A DNA stretch of 64,000 bases from Leucoraja ocellata (GCA_036785375.1 JAWMAR010000204.1:4030001-4094000), one strand, 5' to 3'; positions 35,791 through 49,639 are shown, numbered from the stretch's first letter. A program made the numbers and translations. The notes: generated by a model not told the origin, from the sequence alone.

Positions 35791-38077
35791 GATACATTTT
35801 GAAGGGCTTCATTGCCACAATGGTATCCTGAGGTGATGAAACAGGTTTTATACCTACAAATGTTTTTTGGTGAAGTGATTTTAATTCTAAATAAAAAGGA
35901 TTGTATCTCTGATAATGATTTAAGCATTAAATACATGGCATTCTAAAATGTATTTGTCTGTTCCTAAATATAATGCCAAATCTTCTATCTCTTCCCTATA
36001 AGGGAAAGTCTCCAATATTAACTCATAGAATGAGGTTGACAGCAGATCATTCAGCACAGATGTCTTTGCTGGTTATGTATAAGTGATATTCAAGTATTCT
36101 CACCTCTAGCTCTTCAACTCCCAACCACCACCAAAACTCCGCCACCATTTCAGGTATTTTCAAAGCCATGCAAATTTCTCCGCTTTGAAAGTTTTTCCAA
36201 CTAATTCTTTATTGAAAGTTACCATAAAATCTGCTTCCATTGCCTTTTCAGAGAGAAACTCCAGATTAACAGCTCTTTTCCTTGTGTTTCTTCTGCAAAT
36301 TTCTCCACATCCGTGCCCTCTAGTCAATGATGCTTTAGCCACGAGCAACACTTTCATCTTCCTTCCTCCATTTTATATTTCATGATATACTGGATATTGG
36401 ATATACAGTATGCTTCAAATCTCACCTTCACTCCACCTCTGCCCTGTTAAATAATCCAAGCTTTTCTCAATAAAATAGAGATTCCAAAAACATGGCTTCA
36501 TTCTTGTAGATCAGCTTTGTGGGACTTTGATTTTGGACGTAATTTGGTGCCAAGAACTGGAAGGATTACATCAGCTAGAAACCTATGAAAGGTTTATCTT
36601 AGTTCCTCGCTATTTTTTAATTCTATGATGAGATGGACAATGCGCAGAATCCCTGTTTCCTTTTTTAATGGCAGTCATTGGCACATCAGGATGGAGGTGA
36701 TTGAGCTTTCCTGATCTGATGACATTGTAAATCCAGGGGCACGGTACTACACCCGACTCTGTTTTTCCAGACACATCTTTCCAGCCACTGCTCCATTCTT
36801 TTCAGGGTCTCTATTACTTTGTCATTCACCTTTTCTCTGGCGATAACACAAGGAACATTAAATTAGAGTAACCAGAGAAATGTGGATGAATGGCCTTTAG
36901 TTTAAGAACATACTTCATATTATTTTCAGCTATAAGCAGCATGGCACAGCAAGAAATGTGTCTGTCAAGAGCTTGCTATATTATATGTATGAAAAACTGC
37001 GTGCGTGCAAGTTTTGTTAATAAACTGCTTTGAATCCAATAATCGTATCCTGGTCATCATTTTAAAGAGACACAGGGAGAATGATACGGAACACCAAAGT
37101 ATCCCCTCCACAAGTCCAAGGCAGTGGAAGAAGTGGTCTTGTGTGTTCTGTTGCTGAGGTACGATTACATTTGTTCAGGTCAGTTCAAGAACCTGTCGGT
37201 GTAAGAGAGTCACTATTCTTCAACCTGGTGTTGCGGGGAGTAGTGATCAATGATTCTAACCAGGAGCGTCTAGGACCAGGGGTCGTAGCCTCAGAATAAA
37301 ATGGTGTTTCTTTAGGAAGTAGATAAGGAGGAATTTCTTTAGTCAGAGGGTGGTGAATCTGTGAAATTCATTGCCACAGAAGGCTGCGGAGGCCAGGTCA
37401 ATGGATATTATTAAGGCACTTAGATAGATTCTTGATTAGTAAGCATGTCAGGGGTTATGTGGAGAAGGCAGGAGAATGGGGTTGAGGGGGAGAGATAGGT
37501 AAATTCTCGTAAACCTCCTCTGGACCCTCTCCAACACAAGCACATCTTTCTTCAGATATGGGACCCAAAACTGTTCACATTAATCCAAAGGCAGACTGAC
37601 CAGTGCTTTATGAAGCCTCAGCATTGCATCCCTGTGTTTGTATTCTAGTCCTCTTGAAATAAATGCAACATTGCATTTGCCTTTCTTACTAGTGATTATG
37701 CAATTTCTCAATATAACGAATGTATAAATCCACGGATGCCATCTACCCTTGTGCACCATTCCAAACTTGCCCTGCCAGAGACTTGTGTGGCCCCTCCTTC
37801 AGTCCTGCCTCCTACTGTAACGTCACTGCTTCAGTTACAGTATGTTGCCCCTCTACATACTCAAATATTTCTCTTCACATTTTGGTCCATGAGATTTCAC
37901 TCACCATGTGTCTGCTCACTTCACCAGCCTGTCTCTGATTCTTGTCCCTCCCACAGTTTACACTATTATATGTTTCCATGTAGTCTGACAAACCAACCTT
38001 TCACCCAACTCTGTGCCTTGTCATCGGGTTAAATATCCATACAAACTGATTGTCCGTGTCGCAAGAGACACACTGCT

Positions 38078-38079
<2 letters not shown>

Positions 38080-38160
<81 letters not shown>
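38080..38160 (+). repeat. (AAT)n microsatellite, ~27 units (~9 units in paralog 16647-16672)
   Basis: Directly visible. Confidence 0.95.
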
Positions 38161-38163
<3 letters not shown>

Positions 38164-38309
38164 GGCACGACCATTATAATTCGGAAAGGCATACCTTTTA
38201 AATTAAAGAAATCCATATCTGATAAAGAGGGAAGATATGTTATAGTCACGGGAGAAATTTACAATACACCATTAACTATGATAAATATTTACGCGCCTAA
38301 TTTTGATAA

Positions 38310-39595
38310 TAATAATAAATAAATGTTATTACAGACTCGAGGTGCAGACAAGGGGCCACATTACATTAAAAATGCATTGCATATTAAATATCATAAATAC
38401 ATATAAATTATATCAAAAAAAACCAACACAATACATAAGTTAAAAATCCAGATTAAAAGAATGATCAATGTCCTACAACGAGACAACGATAACAGTGTCT
38501 CCACAGCTGGGATTCGTAGCGTGTAGTGCTAACCCTTATGTTTGACAAGGCCGCAATAAGCACATTTTTAGAGTCATTTATCCTGCAAATTAATTTATAC
38601 ATGTGATGTCTTAGGATAGCTTCTAAAGTACTGACTCCTGCAGCCACAAACATATTACTGGCACTACACCATCTAGGTTTCCTTAGCAGTGTTCTCATGG
38701 CATCGTTAAATGCCACCTTTAGTCTCTGCATACTTGTCTTTCCATAGTTCGACCACAGGTGCGCAGTGTAGAGTGGTGTGCAGTATGCTCTAAATAGCGA
38801 CATCTTCACCACACCTGCAATAGAATATTCGCCTGTACATACAGCATGCGTCGTTGCCTATAAATATCCTCATCATCTGTCATTTGTTCTGTAATAATAT
38901 GCCCTAGATATTTTACCTTATTACAGACACTAAGATTATTGTCAGACAATTTAAAATCAGGAAATGTAGACATTGATCCTCTTTGGTTCTACAGATCATA
39001 ACAGCACTCTTACTAGCATTATATTTAATCTCATGTTCCACACCATACACAGAACATATAGTAAGGAGCTGCTGGAGACCAGCGCTAGATGGACTAAAGA
39101 CCACGAGATCATCTGCGTACATAATATGGTTCACTAAAATATTACCAATCACGCACCCAGTGTTACAGGCTTTCAATTGTTTAGACAGATCATCAATATA
39201 CAGATTAAAAAGGACTGGGGACAAAATCCCCCCTTGTCTAACACCATTGCTAACCCCAAATGTGGCTGAGACCCTATTGCCCCATTTTATTTACATAGTC
39301 TGGTGGGCATACCAGTAGGCCAGAATTCTAACAATGTATTTAGGCACCCCTCTTTGACTCATTTACCAAACAGCTTTCTGTGATTAACACAGTCAAAGGC
39401 TTTGGAAGCATCAATAAAGCACATAAGGATTGAAGAGTTTTTGCCTCTATATTTGTTTACAATCTCCTTTAGGGCATACTGTATATGCATAAGTCAGTGC
39501 CATGTTTAGCTTTAAAGCCAAACTGGTTATCTGTGGAGTTAACAAACTCATTTATTCTATCCAGCAGAACTCTTTCTAAAACTTTTGACAAGAAC
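38310..39595 (-). mobile_element. RTEX-like LINE fragment (duplicate of 16822-18118)
   Basis: ORFs 38465-38812 and 38913-39224 with YADD. Confidence 0.85.
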
Positions 39596-41025
39596 AATGG
39601 AAAAACTTTTAATATGTTGCACTGAAAAAGGCTGCTTGTTCTATCGTGTGTCTGTCAGCTCTGTGAACGCCCATCTATACATCAATCATACGACCCTCAG
39701 CAACATTTTTTGTTAAATTATCCAAGATCTCAAGGCCAGCATTTATTCCCACCTCGAACTTTTGTTTAGTGTCACGTGTACCGAAGTACAGTGAAAAGCT
39801 TTTGTTGCCTGCTATCCAGTCAGCAGGAAGACACAACATGATTGCAAATGAGCCATTTGCAGTGTATAGACACATGATAAGGGAATAATGTTTAGTGCAA
39901 GGTGAAGCCAGCAAAGTCCGATCAAGGATAGTCCAAGGGTCACCAATGAGGTGGATAGTAGTTCAGCACTGCTCTTTGGTTGTGGTAGGATGATTCAATT
40001 GCCTGATAACAGCTGGGAAGAAACAGCCCCTGAATCTGGAGGTGTGCGTTTTTACAATTCTATACCTTTTGCCTGATCGAAGAGGGGAGAAGAGGGAGTG
40101 GCCAGGGTGCAACACGTCCTTGATTATGCTGCTGGCTTTGCCAAGGCAGCGTGAGGTATAAATGGAGTCAATAGAAGGAAGGATGGATTGTGTGATGGTC
40201 TGAGCTGGGCTCTGTCCACAATTGGCTGCAATTTCTTGCGGTCTTGGATGGAGCTGTTCCCAACGCAAGCTGATTAGGAAATTAAGAGATGTACCGAGAC
40301 CTGGGTGTCATGGTACACCAGTCATTGAAAGTAGGCATGCAGGTGCAGCAGGCAGTGAAGAAAGCGAATGGTGTGTTAGCATTCATAGCAAAAGGATTTG
40401 AGTATAGGAGCAGGGAGGTACTACTGCAGTTGTACAGTGTCTTGGTGAGACCACACCTGGAGTATTGCGTACAGTTTTGGTCTCCTAATCTGAGGAAAGA
40501 CATTCTTGCCATAGAGGGAGTACAGAGAAGGTTCACCAGACTGATTTCTGGGATGTCAGGACTTTCATGTGAAGAAAGACTGGATAGACTCGGTTTGTAC
40601 TCGCTAGAATTTAGAAGATTAAGGGGGGATCTTATAGAAACTTACAAAATTCTTAAGGGGTTGGACAGCCTAGATTCAGGAAGATTGTTCGCAATGTTGG
40701 GGAAGTCCAGAACAAGGGGTCACAGTTTGGGGATAAGGTCTTTTAGGACCGAGATGAGAAAAACTTTTTTCACACAGAGAGTGGTGAATCTGTGGAATTC
40801 TCTGCCACAGAGAGTGGTTGAGGCCAGTTCATTGGCTATATTTAAGAGGGAGTTAGATGTGGCCCTTGTGGCTAAAGGGATCAGGGGGTATGGAGATGAG
40901 GCAGGTACAGGATACTAAGTTGGATGATCAGCCATGATCATATTGAATGGCGGTGCAGGCTTGAAGGGCCGAATGGCCTAATCCTGCACCTTTTTTCTAT
41001 GTTTCTACATTTCAATGTAAGCTGG

Positions 41026-42105
41026 GATCCATCCTGATAAAATGTTTTCTTGTCATCACAATTCCCTTTAAGTATTACTGAATGATTTTAAATTGTGAGA
41101 ATTCTGCTCAATATAATGTCCCTGCCCTCGATCACCAGTGATAGAGTACAAATTGTGGTGGTGACCCCATGAGTTAGCACTCAAACTGTTTTTGATTTCA
41201 CAACAATTAGAACAGGTTGTTGCACAACATTTCACAACCTGTATTCATGGCCCATCCCTTCTCATGAGTTTATCTCCATCTTTAATATGTTTATTTGATC
41301 TCCATGGTCAAATCTTGCATCAACGCAGACTGTACATTGAATATTACTGTCCTCTCAGTAATTTGCAGTCTTTCAGTAATTATCAGCACTCGGCTCCTTA
41401 GTTCACTCAGCGCTACTATCTGGAAAAACACAAAAATATTTGTGAGTTGATCCTCTATTATTCCACATAATTAAGTGGAGAAAGAGCATGAAATGAGCTG
41501 TAATCCCGGCCCCATTTACTTTGCATACAGTAGGCTAGTTGGTTGCTCCTGGACACACACAGTTTACATCACTGAAGCAATGTCTTAATCTGTTCATCTA
41601 TCAATGTTTATATCAGCGTGCAATTAGTGCTCCACTTAATAAGTTCTTAATTAGTGGTCGCAGCCCGGACCATCACACAATCCAGCATAGAAACATAGAA
41701 ACATGGAAATTAGGTGCAGGAGTAGGCCATTCGGCCCTTCGAGCCTGCACCGCCATTCAATATGATCATGGCTGATCATCCAACTCAGTATCCCATACCT
41801 GCCTTCTCTCCATACCCTTTGATCCCCTTAGCCACAAGGGCCACATCTAACTCCCTCTTAAATATAGCCAATGAACTGGCCTCAACTACCCTCTGTGGCA
41901 GAGAGTTCCAGAGATTCACCACTCTCTGTGTGAAAAAAGTTCTCCTCATCTCGGTTTTAAAGGATTTCCCCCTTATCCTATTCCATCTAACATCTAACAT
42001 CCTAACATCTATTCCATTGGCCCTATCTAAATTTCATGCTGTCTTGGCAAAGCCACCGGCATAATTAAGGATGAGTCTCACCAGACATTCCCTCTTCTCC
42101 CATCA
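41026..42105 (+). repeat. Partial fifth unit (upstream module only, no gene), with a private CR1 3' insertion at ~41686-41978
   Basis: Matches 19556-20320, then diverges into unique sequence after ...CTCTTCTCCCATCAG. Confidence 0.85.
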
Positions 42106-42438
42106 GGGAAAGGGAACAGAAGTGTGAAAATGCACACTTCTAGATTCAGGGACAGTTTCTTCCCAGCTGTTATCAGCCAATTGAACCTTCCAATCACCAA
42201 CTGGAGAGCTGCCCTGACCTACCATCTACCTAATCGAAGAATCACAGACTATCTTTAGTTGGACTTCACCGGACTTTATCTTGCATTAAATGTTATTCCC
42301 TTTATCCTGTATTTGTACACTGTGCACAGCTCGATTGTAATCATGTATTGTTTTTCCCCACACTGGATAGCCTGCAACAAGCAACTTCACTGTACCTCAG
42401 TACACATGACAATAAACTAGACTGAACTAAATATTACT

Positions 42439-44570
42439 GGGCGGCATGGTGGCGCAGCAGTAGAGTTGCTGCCTTACACCTATTGCAGTGTTGGAGAACT
42501 GGGTTTGATCTACGGGTGCTATCTGTATGGAGTTTGTACGTTCTCCCCATGACCACGTGGTCTTTCTCCGAGATAGACATTAGACAATAGACAATAGGTG
42601 CAGGAGTAGGCCATTTGGCCCTTCAATGTGATCACGGCTGATCATCCCCAATCAGTACCCCGTTCCTGCCTTCTCCCCATATTCCCTGACTCCGCTATTT
42701 TTAAGAGCCCTATCTAGCTCTCTCGTGAAAGCATCCAGAGAACCTGCCTCCACCGCCCTCTGAGGCAGAGAATTCCACAAACTCACCACTGAGAAAAGGT
42801 GTTTCCTCATCTCCGCTCTAAATGGCTTACTCCTTATTCTTAAACTGTGGCCCCTGGTTCTGGACTCCCCCAACATCGGGAACATATTTCCTGCCTCTAG
42901 CATGTCCAAGCCCTTAACAATCTTATATGTTTCAATGAGATCTCCTCTCATCCTTCTAAATTCGAGTATACAAGCCCAGCTGCTCCATTCTCTCAGCATA
43001 TGACAGTCCTGCCATCCCGGGAATTAACCTTGTAAACCTACACTGCACTCCCTCAATAGGAAGAATGTCCTTCCTCAAATTAGGGGACCAAAACTGCACA
43101 CAATACTCCAGGTGTGATCTCACTAGGGATCTGTACAACTGCAGAACGACCTCTTTGCTCCCATATTCGATTCCTCTTGTTATAAAGGCCAACATGCCAT
43201 TCGCTTTCTTCACTGCCTGCTGTACCTGCATGCTTACTTTCATAGACTGATGTACAAGGACCCCCAGATCCCGTTATACTTCCCCTTTTCCCAACTTGAC
43301 GCCATTTAGATAGTAATCTGCCTTCCTGTTTTTGGTACCAAAGTGGATAGCCTCACATATATCCACATTAAACTTCATCTGCCATGCATCTGCCCGCTCC
43401 CCCAACCTGTCCAAGTCACCCTGCATTCTCATAACATCCTCCTCACAGTTCACACTGCCACCCAGTTTTGTGTCATCTGCAAATTTGCTAATGTCACTTT
43501 GAATCCCTTCATCCAAATCATCGATGCATATTGTAAATAGCTGCGGTCCCAGCACCGAGCCTTGCGGTACCCCACTAGTCACTGCCTGCCATTCTGAAAG
43601 GGACCCATTAATCCCTGCTCTTTGTTTCCTGTCTGCCAACCACTTCTCTATCCATGTCAGCACTCTACCCCTAATACCATGTGCCCTAATTTTGCCCACT
43701 AATCTCATATGTGGGACCTTATCAAATGCTTTTTGAAAGTCCAGGTACACTACATCCACTGGCTCTCCCTTGTCCATTTTCCTAGTAACATTTTCAAAAA
43801 ATTCCAGAAGATTAGTCAAGCACGATTTCCCCTTCGTAAATCCATGCTGACTCAGGCCGATCCTGTTACTGCTAGCCAAATGTGCGGCTATCTCATCTTT
43901 TATAATTGACTCCAACATCTTCCCCACCACCGATGTCAGGCTAACTGGTCTATAATTCCCTGTTTTCTCTCTCCCGCCTTTCCTATTTAGAATGTATGAT
44001 GGAGAAAATTGGCAAAGATAACATTAGCTACCCTCCAATCCACAGGAACTGATCCTGAATCTATAGAACATTGGAAAATTATCACCAATGCATCCACAAT
44101 TTCTAGAGCCACTGTCTTAAGTACCCTGGGATGCAGACCATCAGGCCCTGGGGATGTATCAACCTTCGGTCCCATCAGTCTATCCAACACCTTTTCCTGC
44201 CTAATGTGGATATTCTTCAGTTCCTCTGTCACCCCAGATCCTCTGGCCACTAGTACATCAGGAAGATTCTTTGTGTCCTCCTTAGTGAAGACAAATCCAA
44301 AGTACCTGTTCAACTCATCTGCCATTTCCTTATTCCCCATAATAAATTCACCTTTTTCGGTCTTCAAGGGTCAAGGGTGAGATCTTCGGTTCCCTCCCAC
44401 ACTCCAAAGACGTACAGGTTTGGAGGTTAATTGGCCTGGTGTAAATGTAAATTGTCCCTAGTGTGTGTAGGATAGCATTAATGTGCGGGGATCACTGGTC
44501 GTTGCAGACTCGATGGGCAGAAGGGCTTGTTTCCGCACTGTATCTCTAAACTAAACTAAACTAAACTAAA
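42439..44570 (+). mobile_element. tRNA-derived V-SINE (HE1-like) split by a CR1 insertion (SINE parts ~42439-42573 and ~44379-44570)
   Basis: GGTGGCGCAGC..TAG A-box head, V-domain GGAGTTTGTACGTTCTCCCC...CCCACACTCCAAAGACG and (CTAAA)n tail. GAGAT is duplicated around the CR1. Confidence 0.8.
42574..44378 (-). mobile_element. CR1 LINE, ~1.8 kb including RT domain
   Basis: ORFs with SQHGF, YLDFQKAFDKVPH, GVPQGSVLGP and FADD motifs; several stops and frameshifts. Confidence 0.93.
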
Positions 44571-44663
44571 GTTAAGAGAAATTAAAGTGGCTTTTGGATA
44601 GGCTCATGGATATACAGGAAGTGGGGGGTTATAGATCATGTACAGGCAGACGAGATTTGGTTT

Positions 44664-45442
44664 AGAAACATAGAAACATAGAAACATAGAAATTAGGTGC
44701 AGGAGTAGGCCACTCGGCCCTTCGAGCCTGCACCGCCATTCAATATGATCATGGCTGATCATCCAACTCAGTATCCCGTACCTGCCTTCTCTCCATACCC
44801 TCTGATCCCCTTAGCCACAAGGGCCACATCTAACTCCCTCTTAAATATAGCCAATGAACTGGCCTCAACTACCCTCTGTGGCAGAGAGTTCCAGAGATTC
44901 ACCACTCTCGGTGTGAAAAAAGTTCTTCTCATCTCGGTTTTAAAGGATTTCCCCCTTATCCTTAAGCTGTGACCCCTTGTCCTGGACTTCCCCAACATCG
45001 GGAACAATCTTAGAGAGTGGTGAATCTCTGGAACTCTCTGCCACAGAGGGTAGTTGAGGCCACTTCATTGGCTATATTTAAGAGGGAGTTAGATGTGGCC
45101 CTTGTGGCTAAGGGGATCAGAGGGTATGGAGAGAAGGCAGGTACGGGATACTGAGTTGGATGATCAGCCATGATCATATTGAATGGCGGTGCAGGCTCGA
45201 AGGGCCGAATGGCCTACTCCTGCACCTAATTTCTATGTTTCTATGTTTCTAAGTCTATCGTCTTTCTTCATAAGACAGTCCTGACATCCCAGGAATCAGT
45301 CTGGTGAACCATCTCTGCACTCCCTCTATGGCAATAATGTCCTTCCTCAGATTTGGAGACCAAAACTGTACGCAATACTCCAGGTGTGGTCTCACCAAGA
45401 CCCTGTACAACTGCAGTAGAACCTCCCTGCTCCTATACTCAA
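44664..45442 (-). mobile_element. CR1 3' fragment with an internal opposite-strand CR1 3' end (45012-45250)
   Basis: TSD ATTTGGTTTA at 44654 and 45443; tails on both strands. Confidence 0.85.
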
Positions 45443-46383
45443 ATTTGGTTTAATTTGGCATCCGGTTTGGCGTGGACATTGCGGGCCTGTTCCAACGTTG
45501 TACTTTTCTATGTTCCCTCATTGTATTTCACAGCAATTGTTATCTTTGCCAATTTTCTCCGCCATACATTCTAAATTTGTCTCTATAACTTCCTCCATCT
45601 CGCCTCCTTTTAATTTTTCCTTAAGGTTCACCTGTTCAGCTAACTTTTCTATGACCCTTCCTAAAGTTTATCTTATCATCGTTGTAATCTGACTGTGATC
45701 TTATGAAATACTTTGGCACATCTTGCTCCTTTACAGGCTCGAGCATTTATTCAAATATTTCTGCCATTTTCCTTAAATTTGGAAACTAATTGTATTGCTT
45801 TTGCGGCAAGAAAAATGATTAAAAAATCTGCTTAAAAGTTTTGTAGCAAGATTCTCACATGGAATGTCTTCATTATATTAGTCAGCAATTAATTCTATCA
45901 GGATATGCAAAATGACAGATGTATAGGTTTAAAGAACGGTTATTTCCTGTTTGTAACCACTGGAAATCTTACTCGAGATTACATTTAGACATCCAGTTAT
46001 TTGTAAAACCTTCACACCTGCCATAAGTCAGAATGAACTTATTTCACACATTTAACTGTACCAATTAGTATGTGACAAATAAATGTATCTTGAATGAAAG
46101 GACATAGGGCGACATCTTACAATGTTTAAAAAATAAATATAGGGAGGAGCAGCATAAAACTACAAAGCAGAAGACACATGTGTGGGGAGTTAACTTCCCT
46201 ACGAGAAATAGCGTAAGTTCTGAGTTATCGAGGCACTAAATAACTCATCAACAAATGACTGAAAACTTTAAGTCTATTCAAAACTAACCTTTTGAATAAA
46301 GGCATTGTCTACTGTAACTTAAAACTATCCCTAACCTTTTCCAAATCCTTCAAGAACTGTGCAAGGTTTGTTGATCTGAGTTA

Positions 46384-46713
46384 AACCCCTGTCCCACGGT
46401 ACGAGTTCATTCCAAGAACTCTCCCGAGTTTGCTCTGATTGGAACTCGGAGATTTACGGTAATGGCCACTCGTCGCTACTCGGGGCTCTCGTGGACATTT
46501 TTCAACATGGTGAAAAATCTTCACGAGTCTTCCCGAGCTTACCTGCCGTTAGCGAGTCTTCCCGAGTACCTGCCGTTAGCGTTACGAGCCGCTCAGAGAC
46601 GTCCCCGAGCTCCGATGTACCCGCTACGTTCATTCTCCGTGCTTACCACGAGTTTGATTTTTTTTAAACTCGGGAGAGCTCTTGGAATGAACTTGTACCG
46701 TGGGACAGGGCTA
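46384..46713. mobile_element. PIF/Harbinger-like MITE
   Basis: TIRs CCCTGTCCCACGGTAC.AGTTCATTCCAAGA..CTCCCGAGTTT (~45 bp); TTA on both flanks. Confidence 0.85.
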
Positions 46714-47871
46714 TTAGATAGTAAAGTTCATCTCAAAACTTTACTCAGAGATATAATTTTATAGCATATTCACAATTATAACGGACAAGATCATCTGAAT
46801 TAACGTTCAGATGCTACACACCATGTTACATGCAATGCCTTATTGATGCGACTGAGGTTCATAGAACCTACCTACACACCATCTGACGATGTGTTCAAGA
46901 AGGAACTGCAGATGCTGGAAAATGCAGCTGCACCCATAGATGCTGCTGCACCCGCTAAGTTTCTCCAGCATTTTTGTGCACCATCTGACCAATCCTTCTT
47001 TGCAGTGGTCTCACCTGCACAAGGAAAGTCACACGACCAGCCCTTACATGGCCATTAATGTTAACATTAAAGTCATCATCTCACTCTCATGTTCTGCACA
47101 CCCCAATGTACAGCAGTTTTCCAAGTCTAGAGTTAGTTGGAAGGTACTTTGTGGTAGAAGTCTTCGTAGAGAAATCTCGCAGAATCAGTTGTATTAACTG
47201 ACTTCCAACACCAGACCACGTACTCTGCAACTTGCAGTTCAGCATGTGGTAAATATCCCACTTTATAATTAAAAACACAAAATACAGGATTAACTCAGTT
47301 GGTCAGGCAGCATCTCGGGAGAACATGGACAGGTGATGTTTCGGATCAGGACCCTTCTTTAACCTGGCAATTATAGTCAGCATTTGCCAACATCTGGGAA
47401 GGTGATTATAGTTATAGTCATACAGTGTGGAAAGATGTTCTTCAGCCCCACTCGCCCACACCCACCAATATGGTCTAAGGTAGAAAGAGGAGGCGCAGGA
47501 ACAGTAGGAGGTGAGGAGAAGGTAGAGAAGGGGGAGGTGGAAGAAGATGATATCGGGAGCCCCGTTTTGTTTGTTGGAATGTCAGACTGATAGCACATCC
47601 CAAGGTGGCTTGACATGGTGGATGTGAAAGGACCTTGCATTTTGGATGAGAATCTCTAATGAGGGGACTGTTTAAAAAGAAGGAGTCATTCATTTAAGTC
47701 AGGGTTGAGGCAGCTTGGGGAACCTTTTTCTCTACCAAGAATAATGAGTTTTGGAATGTCTTCCTGAAAGCGAAGTAGAAACAGCAACCTTGAATATTTT
47801 TAATTCAGAGGTAGAAACAATGTTGATGAGCATGGGGGTGAAAGATTAACTGGGTCGGCAGGAATTCAGAT

Positions 47872-48545
47872 TGAATGAATGAATGAAAACTTTATTGTCA
47901 TTCAGATATACACCTAGACACAGTGCACCTTGAACGAAATTTCGTTGCATTTTACTCTCCAAAATCAGTTAATAGTTAAAAGTTCTAGGTGCGTCCATAA
48001 AAATGCCTCATGTGCATGGTTCTGTAAAATAAATATATATAAAAAGTTTTTTAAAAGTGTCGATATTTAAAAAGTTCTAGCCTCGGTTTTTTTGATTGTT
48101 CAGTAATCTTATGGCCTGGGGGATGAAGCTGTTGCAGAACCTGGTTGTCCCGCTCTTCATGCTGCGGTACCTCCTCCCAGAGTTAAGCAGTATAAACAGT
48201 CCAAATTGTGGGTGTGTGGGGGCTCTGGTAATGCCCTTAGCTCTAATCAGACAGTGCTTGTACCCCATGTCCATGATGGAAGGAAGAGAAGTCCCAATGA
48301 TTTTTTCCGCTGTCCTCACCACTCTCTGAAGGCACTTCCAGTCCGCAGCTGTACAGCTGCCGCACCACGTAGAGATGCAGCTGGTCATGACCGACTCAAT
48401 TGTGCTTCTGTAGAAAGTGGCGAGGATGGGAGGGTGGAGGTGTAAACTTCTCAACCTGCGGAGGAAGTACAACTGCTGCTGTGCCCGTTGCAGGTTGCAA
48501 TATTTTTGAATGGCGGAACAGGCTGAAAGTGCCACTCTTGCTCCG
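47872..48545 (-). mobile_element. Rex1/L2-type LINE 3' fragment
   Basis: ORF 48077-48535 AQQQLYFLRRLR...FYRSTIESV...WCGSC...LQRVVRTAEKIIG (DUF1891-like); (TTCA)n tail. Confidence 0.85.
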
Positions 48546-49639
48546 ACTTGGTTGGTTTGTATATCGGCATGTTCCTATCTTGTTTTAAGTGAGAAAATGC
48601 TTGAATTGAATTGAATTGCAAACATGAAGAAAATGAGGCCTCAAAATACAGACATTATTCAGTACTGGACTAGTGTGACAAGTGACATATGCCCCAACAA
48701 GTTTGAAACAGTGGAGACACAAGAAACTGCAGATACTGGAATCTAGAGCAAAACACAAAATACTGGAGAAGCTCTGACTAAAGAAGGGTCCCGACCCAAA
48801 CATCATCTTTCTATTCCCTCTACAAATGCTGCCTGACCTTCTGAGTTCCTCCTGCACTTTGTGTTTTGCCCATATTTGAGACAGTGCTTTATTTGTAGAC
48901 AAAAAGATGCAGGTACATGTATTGAGTTAGATGTATCTCTTCGGGCTAAAGGATTCAAGGGATTTGGGGGAAAAGCAGGAACGGAGTACTGATTTTAGAT
49001 GAACAGCCATGATCATATTGAATGGCGGTGCTGGCTAGAAGGGCCAAAGGGCCTACTCCTGCACCTATATTTCTGTTTCTATGTTTCTATTGCTCCTTGC
49101 TGTTGTTGTCTATGGCAGATCATCGCACTATAAGCTGCTTGTGGGCAAAATTAATACATTTTACTTTTTCAATTTAGTCATCATTTTGTAATATTAAAAA
49201 TATTGGAAAATCTTATTTTTGACTTTTTTGAGGCACATACATGTGCACACTATCACATCAAGTCCATGTTGGAGACAATACTCGTTTCTTACAAGAAATA
49301 ATGTAACTAACTTTCCTTGACATTCAACAGCATTAACTTTCATGAAGCCACGAAAGTAATATTGTAGGAGTCACCATTGGTCTGAAACTGAAACAAGACA
49401 TCTATATAATTATTGTAATTACAATGGTCAGTCAAAGGCTGTGTATTCTGTGACACTGATTTCAACTAACTTGCCGAGCCTTCCATCATCTACGTTATAT
49501 AAGTCGGGGACGGCATGCGTTATTTCCCATTTGTCAGCACGAGTGCAGCTTCAACGACACAAGAACATTGGCATCACTGACGAAAGCCAGATTAAATGCA
49601 CCCCATTCATCCACCTCACAAGATTAGATGTTGTTCAGA

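Larger units (their letters stand above)
32313..41025 (+). repeat. Duplication unit type I, second copy, containing chemokine copy C
   Basis: Near-identical to 10880-19555. Confidence 0.9.

Noticed and set aside
38013-38201. Poly-isoleucine ORF
   Set aside because: (AAT)n microsatellite.
42439-42515. tRNA-like sequences (also 52662, 57315)
   Set aside because: SINE heads followed by V-domains, not tRNA genes.
47133-47262. Possible minus-strand exon GYLPHAELQVAEYVVWCWKSV...KVPSN*
   Set aside because: Weak acceptor, no partner exons and no recognisable family.
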